Positions 23,958 through 36,368 of a DNA stretch of 64,000 nt are shown here, in pieces. Positions within the stretch are counted from its first letter, which is position 1, and the number at the start of each line of letters is the position of its first letter. The stretch comes from Phyllosticta citribraziliensis. Lineage: Eukaryota. The DNA lies in the NCBI RefSeq assembly GCF_038025025.1, contig NW_027117344.1:682001-746000 (forward strand). The letters run 5' to 3'. The position numbers and the translations under genes were made by a program. Under the pieces are notes generated by a model. That model was not told the origin of the DNA, searched no databases, and saw only the letters and a program-made list of their open reading frames with translations.

Positions 23958-23963
23958 CACGTG
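23958..23963. promoter_or_regulatory. CACGTG E-box (possible Pho4/NUC-1 or Cbf1 site) upstream of PPN1
   Basis: TCACGTG ~470 bp upstream of the PPN1 ATG; PPN1 is Pho4-regulated in yeast; single hexamer only. Confidence 0.3.
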
Positions 23964-24416
23964 TCACGCGCTAAGGTAGCCGTCTGCATCCATCCGCTCT
24001 CCTCTGGCTCCATCGACGGCGAATAGGAGAATAGGGGACCTTGAATCTTACTGCAATGCATTCTTCATACCGGGGCCAGCCATCCCTCCACTCTTCAAGG
24101 CAGCCATGCAACTAGCCAGGTCGTGTCCTCTCCCCCATTGGCCGCCCTGCTATTCCATCTGCTAGTCTTTCTCAAATCCCCCTCCCCGTTTGTACACGCT
24201 CGCTCGCTCGCTCGCTCGATAAAATGCAAGGACCCGTCCCGTCATCCCGCCAAGGCGAAACGTTCCCGGTACCTGCCATGTGCTCCTCCGGAGCCTAGAC
24301 CGCCCGCCTGCCTGCCTGCTGTCCCGAACTCCTTTCAAATGCTGTGTAGATGCAACTGACTGTATCCATAAACGCCCATCAATGTCGCAAAACGCCGTCA
24401 TCATGCTCTCGTCCAT

Positions 24417-27400
24417 CTACTCCTTGGCCTTGCTCGTCTCCCCGTTGCTCTTGTCCGCCGCATTGCCAGACGAGCTGTCCTTCTCGCGCATCGCTATCTT
24501 TTGATACATGTCGTTGAGCTTGGAGCCCTCGACCCCTTTGCTTGGCCAGTACTTGTCCGCCACATATTCCCTGTGCCAATGTTTAGCTCCTCGCTCAATT
24601 CAGCCTGTCATCACTTGCAACGTACCAGATCCGCGCCCTCTCTGTCGGCGACGTCTTGTGTCGTAGGCCCTTTTCGATCAAGTGGCCCACCTGCTTGAAC
24701 TCTTCTTTCAACGTCTTTGACCGTTCCTCGCGATTCGGCATTGCCGACACGGTGCACCTGTTCAACATTGCCAAATGCTTGGCCACTGGGACGAGCATCT
24801 TCTCGTACGAACTCTTGTGGCTCGGCCGTCCATTGTGACTACTGCCTTCGCCGCGGCGGTGGTGACCCTCGCTACTCTGTCGAGGCCGGTCCTCTCTGCG
24901 GTGCTTGTGCCTGTCGTCAACGTCTCCGCTAGCCTTGCGACGGATTTCGGGAGTGCCGTTGCGATCCGCATGATGAGACCGACGATCGACGCTGTGCCGA
25001 TGCTCGCCCTGGCTGTGTGCACGGTGTCGAGGCCTGTCGGGTTCCCTGTTACCCTTCCTCATCGTCGCCGGTCCAGGGCTCGCCGACCCACTTCCCGCCT
25101 TGTCTTGCCGCCGGTGAAGACCACCGTGCTTCTTGCTGCCGCGATGTTGTACGTCGAGAGCTCGCCTGGCTGCCGCGTTGGAGTTGAAGCTTGCCTTCTC
25201 CTTGAGCGTCGTGATGAGGTAGTTAGCCCTGCGGACAAGATGGACGGCACCGGGCGACTTGGCATTCTTTTCCTCAGTCTTGTTGCGTTCCTCCTTCTTG
25301 TCGACTCGATGCTCTTCCAGGAAGAATTTGTCTTGCATTCCCAGTTCGGGGTCGTCTCGGATCGCCACCCAAGAGCCGTAGCCGTGCCTCGCAATACCAA
25401 CCGCCAACATGCCGTCCTCCCGGGCTCCCCAGGGACAACTGTAATGCGCTGGCTTGTGCGCTTCTGGCAGGCGGAAGTTGCGCCAGTCTGCCACCGAGTC
25501 CACGGCATCCTTGATCAGTTTCATTTCGTTGGGTCGCTCCAGGATCGTTTCGGCATTGAGTCGTTTGACACCTTTCCAGTCGAAGAGTATGGCCTTCTTG
25601 TCCTTCTTGGTCAGGATCTTGTTGTTCTCGCGGGCCATGGCCTCTGTCTTCGCACTCTCCTCCCTAAGGAGCTCTCGACAATGGTCCATGATCTCCTTTA
25701 GGGTTGCCTTGATGACTTCAGGATCACGGCCGACCAGCTTTGCTTCACGGGTCATCGCTTCGCCACGCTCCTCGAAGTTGCCAAACTTTTCGTGGGCACG
25801 GATGAGGTTTCGGATTTCCTTCTCGTTCAGGGGACGTTTCGGATCCTCGTCCGGCCCAGACTCGTCTCCAGATTGAACCGCCTCTGCTGCCTCCAGTGCA
25901 GCTTGGCGAGCGCGTTTCTTGGCTGCTCGCTGTTCTCGTTCGTCTGAGGGAGCTTTGCGCTTCCTAGGCGCATTCTCTTCGATGACCGAGGCAAGGTACT
26001 TCTCCTCTTCCTTTCGCTTCTCCTCAGCCTTGATCTCGTCCAGCTGATCCTTGGGGATAATGTCATCCCACTCGAGGTCAAGCTTGACATCAGTATATTC
26101 AAAGCTCTTGAGAAAGTCTTCGCCGCCGTCCGTGGTGATGCCTTCCGGCTGCTCCGTCTTGTGCTCTTCGGCATTCTCAAGGACGGCATCGATGTCGAGC
26201 TCCTCGAGTTTCCGCTGGTTTCCGGTCTGTTCAAACATCCTCTGACCACGTTTCTTCAGGATGCGGTTAATGTCGTCGGACGAGGTTGGTTCCGCAACAG
26301 CACGTGCCACGCGGTCAAAGGTCTCTCTGTCGCCCTTGTCTGTCACTGCACGCTGGATTGTGATGTACTCGAGCATGAGCTTATTTCGAGCGCGTTCGAG
26401 GACTTCTTCCTCGACCGTGTCCTTGGAAACGAGTCGGTAGACTGTCACTGGGTTCTTTTGGCCAATACGGTGAGCACGCGCCATTGCCTGGAGGTCGGCC
26501 TGGGGGTTCCAGTCCGAGTCGAAGAGAATGACTGTGTCGGCGGTCATGAGGTTGATGCCCAGACCACCAGCTCGAGTAGAAAGCAAAAAGCAAAAGTCGA
26601 GGCTCTCATGTGCGTTGAAGTGTTCGATTGCCTGACGTCTCGCTCCTGACGTAATGGTGCCGTCAAGCCTTTGGAACTGATATCCACGCAGCTGGAGATA
26701 GTCGCCAAGGATGTCCAACATCTTCACCATCTGGCTGAAAATGAGAACTCTGTGGTTGTCCTTCTTCAATTTGGTAAGAAGCTGATCCAAAAGCATCATC
26801 TTGCCGCTGCTAGTAACCAGGCCTCGAAGATGGTCTTCACGGCGGAAACCACCCGCCAACGCACGATCTTCGGCTCCAGGAAACATGTAGGGATGGTTGC
26901 TGGCTTTCTTCAACTCCATCATGATGTTCAATAAAGACTGCTTTGGGCCGGTGGCACCTGCGTTCAGCGCCGTATAATTCCTGGTCAAGATGTTCTTGTA
27001 GTACTCAAGCTGGAGATCGGACAGTTCAACTCGAATGATCTTCTCGGTCTTGGGGGGCAGATCATTTTCTACTTTTTGCTTCGTCCGACGAATCATGTAG
27101 GGACTGATTGCGTTGGTGAGCTCAGCAATCTTTTGGCTGGCAGACTCGGATTGTAGGTCAATGTTCTCATCAACCTCGACCTTGCCAGGCATAATGAAGT
27201 CCATCAAGGCCGACAGCTCTCCCAGCGTGTTTTGCATTGGGGTGCCAGTAATGAGAAGTCGGCTCGGCGCACCAAAGTCCATTAGCTTGGCGTAGAGTTG
27301 AGATTCGCGGTTCTTGAGACGATGAGCCTCGTCAACAGCCATGAATTGCCACTTGATTTGGGAAAGAAATGTCGAATCGGCGAGGACGAATTCATACGTA

Positions 27401-29416
27401 GTCAGAAGGACGTGGAACTTTGTTCGCTTCACGTTGCCATCCACTAGCAGCTCGTACTCGCGGATAATCTTTCGCGATGCTTCGTTGCCATTGTAAACGA
27501 CATAGTTGATGTCCGGTGCCCAGTTGTCGAAAGTTTCGGCCCAGGCAGGCAACGTGGACAGAGGGACGACAACGATGAACGGGCCCTGTTGACCGCGATC
27601 ATGTCGAAGCCAGTTCATGAAGGAAACCGTTTGCACAGTTTTCCCCAGCCCCATTTCATCAGCCAGTATAGCGTTTTCTCCTTTGCACCAGTGGTACGCA
27701 AGGAAGCTGACTCCGCGTAGTTGAAAGTCTCTGAGCTGACCATGCTTGACGTACTCTGGTTGCTCGCGGATGGCGACGTATTTTCGACGGGTCTGGAGGC
27801 TCGATTCTTTTTTGTCGGTTATGGGAAGCTTAGAGGATCGGTCGAGGTAGCGGTCAATTTCTTGCTGGGCAAGCTGGCTGACAAGTGATGCAGGCTCCCA
27901 TGTACAATCTTCGTAGGGCAGCGCTCTCCCTGGAAGAACAATCAGTGGCTGGCAGGAAGCAAAGGGCAAAGCAAATCATACACTTGACCAAGTACTCGGT
28001 TTCCTCCTCGCCATCCTGCGCTCCGATGACTCGTTCAACGTGGCGTGACGACTCATAAAGATCTTCGACCTTTTCACGATCGAGATTCCATTTCTCCTTT
28101 TCTTCTGATGGGACGTCCGGGTCACCCATGATCATGATCTCTTCTAGGACGATCTTCCGCCAGTAATTTTCAACCTTTCGAAAGCCCTTGAACCCAGAGA
28201 GAGAAGAAAAGGATTCATATGTAGCATGGTATGGTGCCTTGCCGGTCCATTTGATCTGGTTTTGGTTAGCAATGACATGACGAACGGCAAAGGGAGTAAC
28301 TAACCAGGTACTCAAAGTCATGCTTGTTGAGATGAGACATGTCGCCTTCTGCTCAACAGTTAGCAATCCATGCGCAGGAACTGGACGGCCACACCGACCA
28401 AGGCCTTCCTTCTGCCGATGGAGAATGACCCGGTCTATGGTCGGAGAGTCATCCTCCTCGGCATTGACCCAGTAGTTGGGCGTCATTTCCTCGGATTCGT
28501 CGCTGAAGGGGTCGTCGTCGTCTTCATTGTAATTCGTGATCCTGGCCGCTTTACGTGTCGAGAATCGTACTTCGGCCTGAGAAGGAGGTGCCCTTCCGGC
28601 GGCCACCATCGACTGGCGCTTCTTTTGCTTCTTGGAAAGAGCATTTCGGCGACCGCCAACATACGCATCCGAGTCTGACTCTGATTCGGGAGACGATGGA
28701 GCTTCAGGTGAAGGACGACGTGATCCTATGAAGCGTCAGCCAGTGTTCGACTGTTTGTGGGAATGTGGGAGAGGGTTACCTCGAGCAGGCATCGTGGTTC
28801 TCGGCTTCTTCCTCCGCCGTGGATTGACAACGTCAGAGTCAGAGTCGTCTTCTTCTGAGCTGCTCTCTGCCTGTTGGTCGTGTAAGTATCGTGAGAACGG
28901 ACCATCTATCCCAATGAGCACTCACCAGTCGGCGAGTAGGTCGCGCGCGGCCCTGCGGAGACAATTAGAATAGGGGTCCCTGGGGATGGTGACGTGAAGA
29001 CTCACGCTTCGCCTTAGCCCGTACAGCTCTGGATTCTGTGCTATGTATTCGTCATCTTCAACGCTGGCTTTGCGTTTTCGGGTAGCTGAGGACTCCTCCG
29101 ACGATGATTGCGCCGCCTCATGCTCCTCGGACCGTGGTGGAGGAGTCTCAGACTCGTAGTCGCCATCTTCATCTCCTTCAGCGTCTTCGCTATGTGAGGA
29201 CTCTGACATTGCCTCGTCATCATTTCCTCCATCGTGTACGGGACTTTGGTGATCGCTGGCGGATGATAGGTCTGCGGCGGGATGGTTTGCTGGGTCGGAG
29301 ACGTCGCTGGCACTGCGGGCGTCTACGTCGTCGGCGTTGGTCACGTTTTGTGCGAGAGGTGACGAGTGGCCGTTCATGAGAGGCAAAGAGGGAGTCGGAT
29401 TCGGAGGAGAGTGCAT
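24417..29416 (-). CDS. CHD1: Chromodomain helicase DNA-binding chromatin remodeler Chd1/Hrp
   Basis: NPELYGLRRS, double chromodomain, SNF2 ATPase ILADEMGLGKT, DEAHRLKN, LLSTRAGGLGINL, DWNPQADLQAMARAHRIGQ, SANT/SLIDE (AVHLVRRANYL); multi-exon, stop TAG at 24417-24419 after final intron. Confidence 0.96.
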
Positions 29417-30369
29417 GAGGATGGACCCGGCTAGATGATGGTCATGGTCAGCCTGATAGTTCGATGAGGAGACGCGTTGGCGGAGCGAAACAAGGTGCGC
29501 CGTGATCTCAGAGATTACGCGACTCAAAGCAGTCAAAACGCGACTCAATACGCTTCAATAGGCGTGAAGAACGGAGGTCCGATGGTGGAATCATGCTCGT
29601 GATGACGGGGCACAGGAAGTGATGAAGACAAAGTGAGGGGTCAATGGGCTTTTAGGGGCGCCAAAGCTGGTTTACAGCAGTCGAGGAGCAGTCAAAAGGA
29701 AGGAGAGCAGGGCAGAACGCGAAGATGGAGCAGTATATGATGAAAGCAGGGTATACAAGGTGGAGGTTGATGACCTTCGCCGAGCGCCAAAGTGGCAGCG
29801 AGACTGAGGAATCCTCGGCGGTTTGCAGGGGTGCGACTCGGTGACAAGAGGAAAAACTCACAGGCCATGGCGAGAGGCTATCTGGGGAGCCTATCTTCGA
29901 GTGTAGCAGCCGTGGTGGGAGGTGGGTGGTGGTCTGGGCCGCGGTGGAGGAGGAGATTGCTGCAGCGAACTTGGAGCCATGAGAGAGGCACAACTGGACG
30001 CCCGTGGCCGCCATCCCAAGACGGTAAAGCGGCTTTTCTGACTAACGTGACCTACGACCACCAGCCAATGAGTGCGAGAGTGAAGCGTCTTACTGAACAA
30101 CAGGCACCTTTCCAAATATTCCATTCCCCGACAAAGCCACGCACTGTCAAAGCACTCGCATCGCCGCCGCTCGCCGCTGTCCTCGACTTTCTCTGCACCC
30201 TTGTGGTTCCACTCCGTCGTCGACCCCCTCAGCACCAGCTTGCGCGCGCGCCCGGCCGTTTCCAAACGACGCCCGACGGGCACGATCTCCTCGCTGTTTT
30301 TTTCACCTGCGCGTGTCGACCTCTGCTCGTGCTGCTCACCCCGTTTCCGCCGCCCGACCGCTCTCCGCC

Positions 30370-32625
30370 ATGGCCGACAGACTGACCAGGTGAGTCGCTC
30401 CGCTGCCCCTGGACCTCCAACGCTGACATTGCGCGCAGGATTGCTATTGTGAATAGCGACAAGGTGCGCCAGCGCAAAACCCGCCCCGCCAGCCCCGCGT
30501 TGCAACCATTGTGGACTCGACTTCGCTAACCGCCGCCCCGTCAAACAGTGCAAGCCCAAGGTGAGACCCCTGTTACGCGCGAGCCATTGGTCTTGTTTGT
30601 CTGACTTTGAACCCAGAAATGCAGGCAGGAGTGCAAAAAGTCCTGTCCCGTCGTCCGCACCGGCAAGCTCTGTATCGAAGTCGACCCGGCGTCAAAGATT
30701 GCTTTCATCTCCGAGCGCCTTTGTATCGGTTGCGGTATCTGCCCGAAGAAATGCCCTTTTGACGCCATCAACATCATCAACCTGCCTACCAACCTCGAAA
30801 CCCAAGTGACCCACCGATACTCTGCAAACAGTTTCAAACTCCACAGGCTGCCTATGCCCCGGCCTGGTCAGGTCTTGGGTCTGGTAGGAACAAACGGTAT
30901 CGGAAAGAGCACGGCGCTCAAGATTCTCAGCGGCAAGCTGAAGCCCAATCTCGGAAGATACGACAACCCGCCTGACTGGGAGGAGATTCTCAAGCATTTC
31001 CGTGGATCTGAACTCCAAAGTAAGTTCTCACAAATTTGGGACATTTGAGCCAGGGGGTGCATGGTACCGCGGAACGAAATCTTGAAGTTGGGCTGTGGGT
31101 TATGGCTTGGACATGGTTGCGGCAATCAGAAAGATTGGCTTTGCTCAAAATGGGTGCTGACGAACGTTCAGACTACTTCACCAAGGTCCTCGAAGACGAC
31201 TTGAAGGCCATCATCAAGCCCCAATATGTCGATCAAATTCCCAAAGCCATTAGGGCCGCAGACAAGAGGGTGAAGACGCTCATCTCGAGCCGTGCTGGGC
31301 TGGGTAACCTGGACCAGATCTGCGACGAGCTCGAGTTGAGGCACATTTTCGAGCGTGAAGTTGGACAGCTGTCTGGTGGAGAGATGCAGCGTTTTGCCAT
31401 TGGCTCCGTGTGCGTCCAAAAAGCGGACGTCTACATGTTTGACGAACCCTCATCCTTCCTGGACGTCAAGCAACGTCTCAACGCCGGTCGGATGATTCGC
31501 AGCCTTCTGCGTCCTGACGACTACGTCATCGTCGTCGAACACGATTTGTCCGTACTCGACTACCTCTCCGACTTCGTCTGCGTCTTGTACGGAAAGCCCG
31601 CAGTTTACGGTGTTGTCACACTGCCTTCGTCGGTGAGAGAAGGTATCAACATCTTCCTCGACGGTCACATCCCCACTGAGAACCTTCGTTTCCGCGAGGA
31701 ATCCCTCCAATTCCGCGTTGCGGAGGCAGGCGAAGACTACAGCACCGACAACAACCGCGCATACAGCTACCCGGCCATGGAGAAGACGCTCGGCAGCTTT
31801 AAACTCGGTATCAACACTGGTGACTTTACCGATTCGGAGATCATTGTCATGATGGGCGAGAACGGAACCGGCAAGACGACTTTCTGTAAAATGCTTGCAG
31901 GTGCACTGAAGCCCGACAACGGCAAGAGCGTTCCTCCAATGAACATCTCGATGAAGCCTCAGACCATCACCCCCAAGTTTCAGGGAACTGTGCGACAACT
32001 CTTCTTCAAGAAGATCAAGGCCGCCTTTTTGAACCCTCAGTTCCAGACCGATGTCTACAAGCCTCTGAAGATGGACGACTTCATTGATCAGGAGGTCCAA
32101 AACTTGTCCGGTGGTGAATTGCAGCGTGTCGCCATTGTCCTTGCTCTTGGTATCCCCGCCGACATTTACCTCATCGACGAGCCTTCGGCGTAAGTACTCT
32201 CTTTTTAAGTCACCTGACATTTGTTAACCATGACATAGGTACCTCGACTCTGAGCAGCGTATCATTGCCTCCCGCGTCATCAAGCGTTTCATCATGCATT
32301 CCAAGAAGACTGCCTTCATTGTCGAGCACGATTTCGTCATGGCTACCTACCTTGCAGACCGTGTCATCGTCTTCGATGGCCAGCCCGGTGTGGATGCCCG
32401 CGCCAACACTCCCGAGAGCTTGTTGACTGGCTGCAACAAGTTCTTGAAGAACTTGGACGTCACCTTCCGCCGCGACCCTAACTCATACCGTCCCCGTATC
32501 AACAAGTACGGCTCCCAGATGGACCAGGAGCAGAAGTTGGCTGGCAACTACGTAAGTTTTGACAAGACCTGGTGCTCGTACTCCCCTCTGACTTTATCTA
32601 GTTCTTCTTGGAGGAAGAGAGCTGA
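30370..32625 (+). CDS. RLI1: ABCE1/Rli1 Fe-S ABC ATPase, ribosome recycling factor
   Basis: [42 protein letters not shown], two NBDs ([23 protein letters not shown]); exons 30370-30389, 30440-30463, 30549-30560, 30617-31019, 31172-32189, 32239-32551, 32602-32625 ending FFLEEES. Confidence 0.98.
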
Positions 32626-33464
32626 AGAGGGAGTCCCAAAGAAGGACTACCCGCCACGTCACGACATCCCTTCGTTTAACGGCGTTCTGGGCCGAGGATC
32701 ACTGGGCGGCGGAAAAGGCAGGCGAAGGACATCCGGCATACTGAGGCGGCGCAAACGAGGGCTTCCGGCAGAGGAATGCGCGTCTGACGAAGACGACGAC
32801 GAAGACGACGGCCCGCTCCTGGCAGTGGTCTACCTCCTGTCACATCCTCAAGACCACGGCCGCAGCTCTATTGAGCGCGGCTGGTCCATGAGGGTCACGG
32901 GTCAAGCTAGGTGACTGCTGCCTTCTCCTTCCCCTTCTTCCAAAAACTGCTTTTCACGAATTCTCGGTGTTGGACTCACACCACCACAATGCATGCTGTT
33001 TTTAATGCGGTAGATAGACTAGAACTGCTATCTACAGGGGTCGGGGCCCAGGCTGGTTTCGGGACTACGCCAGTGAAATGAGGGGAAAACTGCCGTACGC
33101 TTTCTGGAAGAAGAAGGGACCTTTTGCTTGTGTTTGACTTTTTTGGGGGGAGCCGCGCGGCTGGCATCTCGGGCATTGTAGATAGAAGAAGGCGAGCAAA
33201 AAGACGCTTCGACATACCATTGTTGTGCAGCAAGCAAGCTTTGCCTGTCAGATGCCGATGAGTGATCCGTGATGGCATTGATGGGGACAACTGTTAGTAG
33301 TAGGATCAGGGGGTCTCCAGATTGCTGTGCAGCTCATGGGGGCAGTCTACTCCTTTTTTGAGGCCTGGCGGCTTTCCTCCATACGTCAGGGCCACAGGTC
33401 ATTCTTCCTCTTCTTGGGCCACTTCTTCCTTGCTGCCGCTTTCCTTCGAGGGTAAAGGAGAGTT

Positions 33465-35947
33465 CTAGTCTTCTTCAATCTCACCCTCCTCGCTGCCCGA
33501 ACGGAGACCGGGGTCCTCTTTCGGGGGCAAGGAAGGCTGCTTCGCAGGTGTCCTAGATCTTTGACGACGAGGGGAGAAGGTGCGCTCACGTGACCGTTCC
33601 CGACGAGTCCTCTGCAACCAGTTGTCAGTCTTCGGCGTCCAAATTAAGCATAATTGTTTCCGCATACCTTTGCATCCCGCTTGCTCTCTGGACTTTCGCT
33701 CTCCCTCCTGCGTCGCATGCTACCTGCGCTCTTGCTGTCGCCATAGTCCAACTCGCTCGCCTTCTCGCGAGGGTCGGCACGACTGATGTAAGAGCGTTCG
33801 CGCTCGACCTCACGCTCCCGACGCTCGCGATCATAGTGGCTGAGACTACTGACCTCTCTGTCCCTAACATAGCGATCCCCGCGGTCGCGATAGTCCCTCG
33901 TACGCGGCGGCGGCGAAACCCCAGAAAGACTTGACTTGCGATATTGGCGTTCACGATCGGCTTGAGCCTTGCGGCGGTCTGCTTCGTACGCATCGGGCTC
34001 AGGCGTGCGAGTGCGGTGACGGCGAGGCACGTGGCCGTTGCGGTAGTCTCGGTCGTCGTAGCGGTCGCGGTCGCGATCACGATGCTCGCGTCTGCTGCGT
34101 TCCCTCTCCCGTTCGGCCTCCTTGTCCTTGAGGCGGCGAAGGTGCTTGTCGAAAGCCAGGCGGCGCAGCTCATCCGTGTCCAGTTGCCGATATTCTTCAA
34201 ACTTCTCAATGCGAGGACGTACCTGCTCCCATGTGTCACCAAGAACGACCGGCGGGTCCAGATGCTTAATCTTTGAGCGCAAAGCGTCGACAGCCCGGCG
34301 CTCGTTGCGCTCAGCGCGATGCTTGTCTTCCTCACTCCGCTGGTGCACCTTCTCCATCAACCGCTCGAAAATGAGCGACAGAGAGTGCTGGTCGATGGTT
34401 GCTGTACGGCGATCAGCTTGCATTACAGACAGGAACTCATCCAGGGTTGTCTTTTGTGTAATATCGAATCGTCGGTCCTAATTGAACGCGTTAGCAGCTA
34501 ATAATTGAATGAAGACCATCGATTCACTTACGTCCATGACGTCAAGCACATCATTTCTCTTGCTGCGCAGCAGGCGTTCTTCCTCCTCCACCACATCCCA
34601 GAATAGGTCCAGAGGAGTTGATCCAGCCTGGCCCAGCATCTTCACATACCGGGGCTCGTTCTCAATAATGGGATGAACATCTTTCCACTTGGTTCCAGCT
34701 TTAATCTTTCCGTCGCTGCGCAGCTCGCTGAGCAAAGTAATGAATTCGTCCCGATTCTTGCGTTCGCGCCGAGCTTTGGTCTGTTTGTGCTTCTGGCGAG
34801 AATCATTGAAGTTGCGCTCAAGATTTTTGATGTGGTGGTCAAAAGCCTTGAGAATGTCCAATTTAGTGAGCAGCTCAAACTTTTCATCCCCTCGGAAGCG
34901 TTCACTCTCCTGGACCATGTTCTGTGCCTCGGACCAACGAGTCCAAGGTTCCAGCTGTAAGTCACCAAAGACTGACGCTAGATCGTCGGCAGCCTGCTTG
35001 CGCGCCTTAGCCTCCTCTTCGTTGTGGGCCTTGTATAGCTCAACAATGTAATCTTCGAAGAGCTGCCTCCGTTCTTCATCGCTCCTTGCCGAGCGGTAGA
35101 TCGTCTCGCCTTCGATAATGGGTTTCGCCGTCTTCCATTTCGTGTAATACTTGATCTCTGGATGGCTTCTCAGCATCTTTCCAAAGTCACTCCGAAGTTT
35201 GGCAAGCCTCTCCTTCTCGCGCTCCTTTTCCTGCGCACGCACGTCGACGACATACTTCTCAAACGCCAATTTCCGATCCTTCGGGTCCTTTATGGCGCGG
35301 TATTGGTCGTCCTTAATGGTGGCACGCATCGCTTGGTCCCAGGTCCAGTCAGGCTGAACTCCCGCGCGCTTCAAGAGCTTCATAAAGGCGGCTTCAGCGT
35401 CGTCGTGAGAAGAGTATTCCGGGCCGTGTCTCGCGTCGACCGATGGGACGGATCGGAGGCTCTCTAGCTTCTCGGACTGCGGGTACCCTATCTGACGTTC
35501 AGTACCCAAGCGTTCATCCCTATTCCAAGAGGCTGGGGTGAAGTTGTTTGTTCCTCCGGCAACAAATTGCGACGCCCTATGAACAAGTTAGACATGAGCC
35601 TCTAGCGCAGCTAAGATTCTAGACGTACGGCGTAGTTGGCACGGGCTGTGGCAAGCTGTGCTGTCCCATCCTCTTCAGGGGCTCTGGCATCTCCCACGAC
35701 GACTGCCTCGTCACGTCGTTATACCAGTACTTTCGGCCATCCTTGTGTACCGCCTCCTTCCAGGAAGCATCGATTTTGGCGCGCTTCTCATGGTCAGTGA
35801 ATTGTCGCGACAGGAAGGTGGGAGGCTACAAACCTCGGCAGGCGACAAGTCTTCCTCTGGCCTGGTCCACTGAGTGGCCTTGGTGACGGTGTTGTAGTAG
35901 TACTCGCGCCCGTCCGGCGCGTGCGCCTTTTGCCAGACGCCCGCCAT
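33465..35947 (-). CDS. PRP40: U1 snRNP protein Prp40 (WW + FF domains)
   Basis: Two WW domains (WQKAHAPDGREYYYNTVTKATQWTRP), FF repeats (AFMKLLKRAGVQPDWTW, GSTPLDLFWD), RD/RE-rich tail ending EEGEIEED; four introns. Confidence 0.95.
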
Positions 35948-36368
35948 GGCTCCAATGACGTTCGAGTTGGATAAAGCGCTCGTGGGGCTAAATCGGGGGG
36001 ATGCGGTAGCAATGTAGGGATGCGCGTGTCTGGTCGCGCCCTCACGTACGAAGATTTGAAGTCGCCAGCAAGACTCCGGAGCCTCTGCGGCACGCACGGA
36101 CGGCGTCTCGCGCACGGGCGCTGATCGACACTGGAGACTTGGCGCGAGCCGACTCGAGCTTGACAACAGCATCCCCTTTGAACAACAACGAATCCCTCTG
36201 CCTCCAATCCGACGGCTCAGCTCCTCTCCTCGCTACTCGCAGAATCGTGTAGCAAATCTTGCCAGGCTTGGAAAACTCTGGTGAGACCAAGGCCTCGGCT
36301 TCGACAGGGATCGAATCGCCAGGCCAGCACGCGTCGGCTAAGCTTGACTGCTCGCAAGCAACTGCGTA

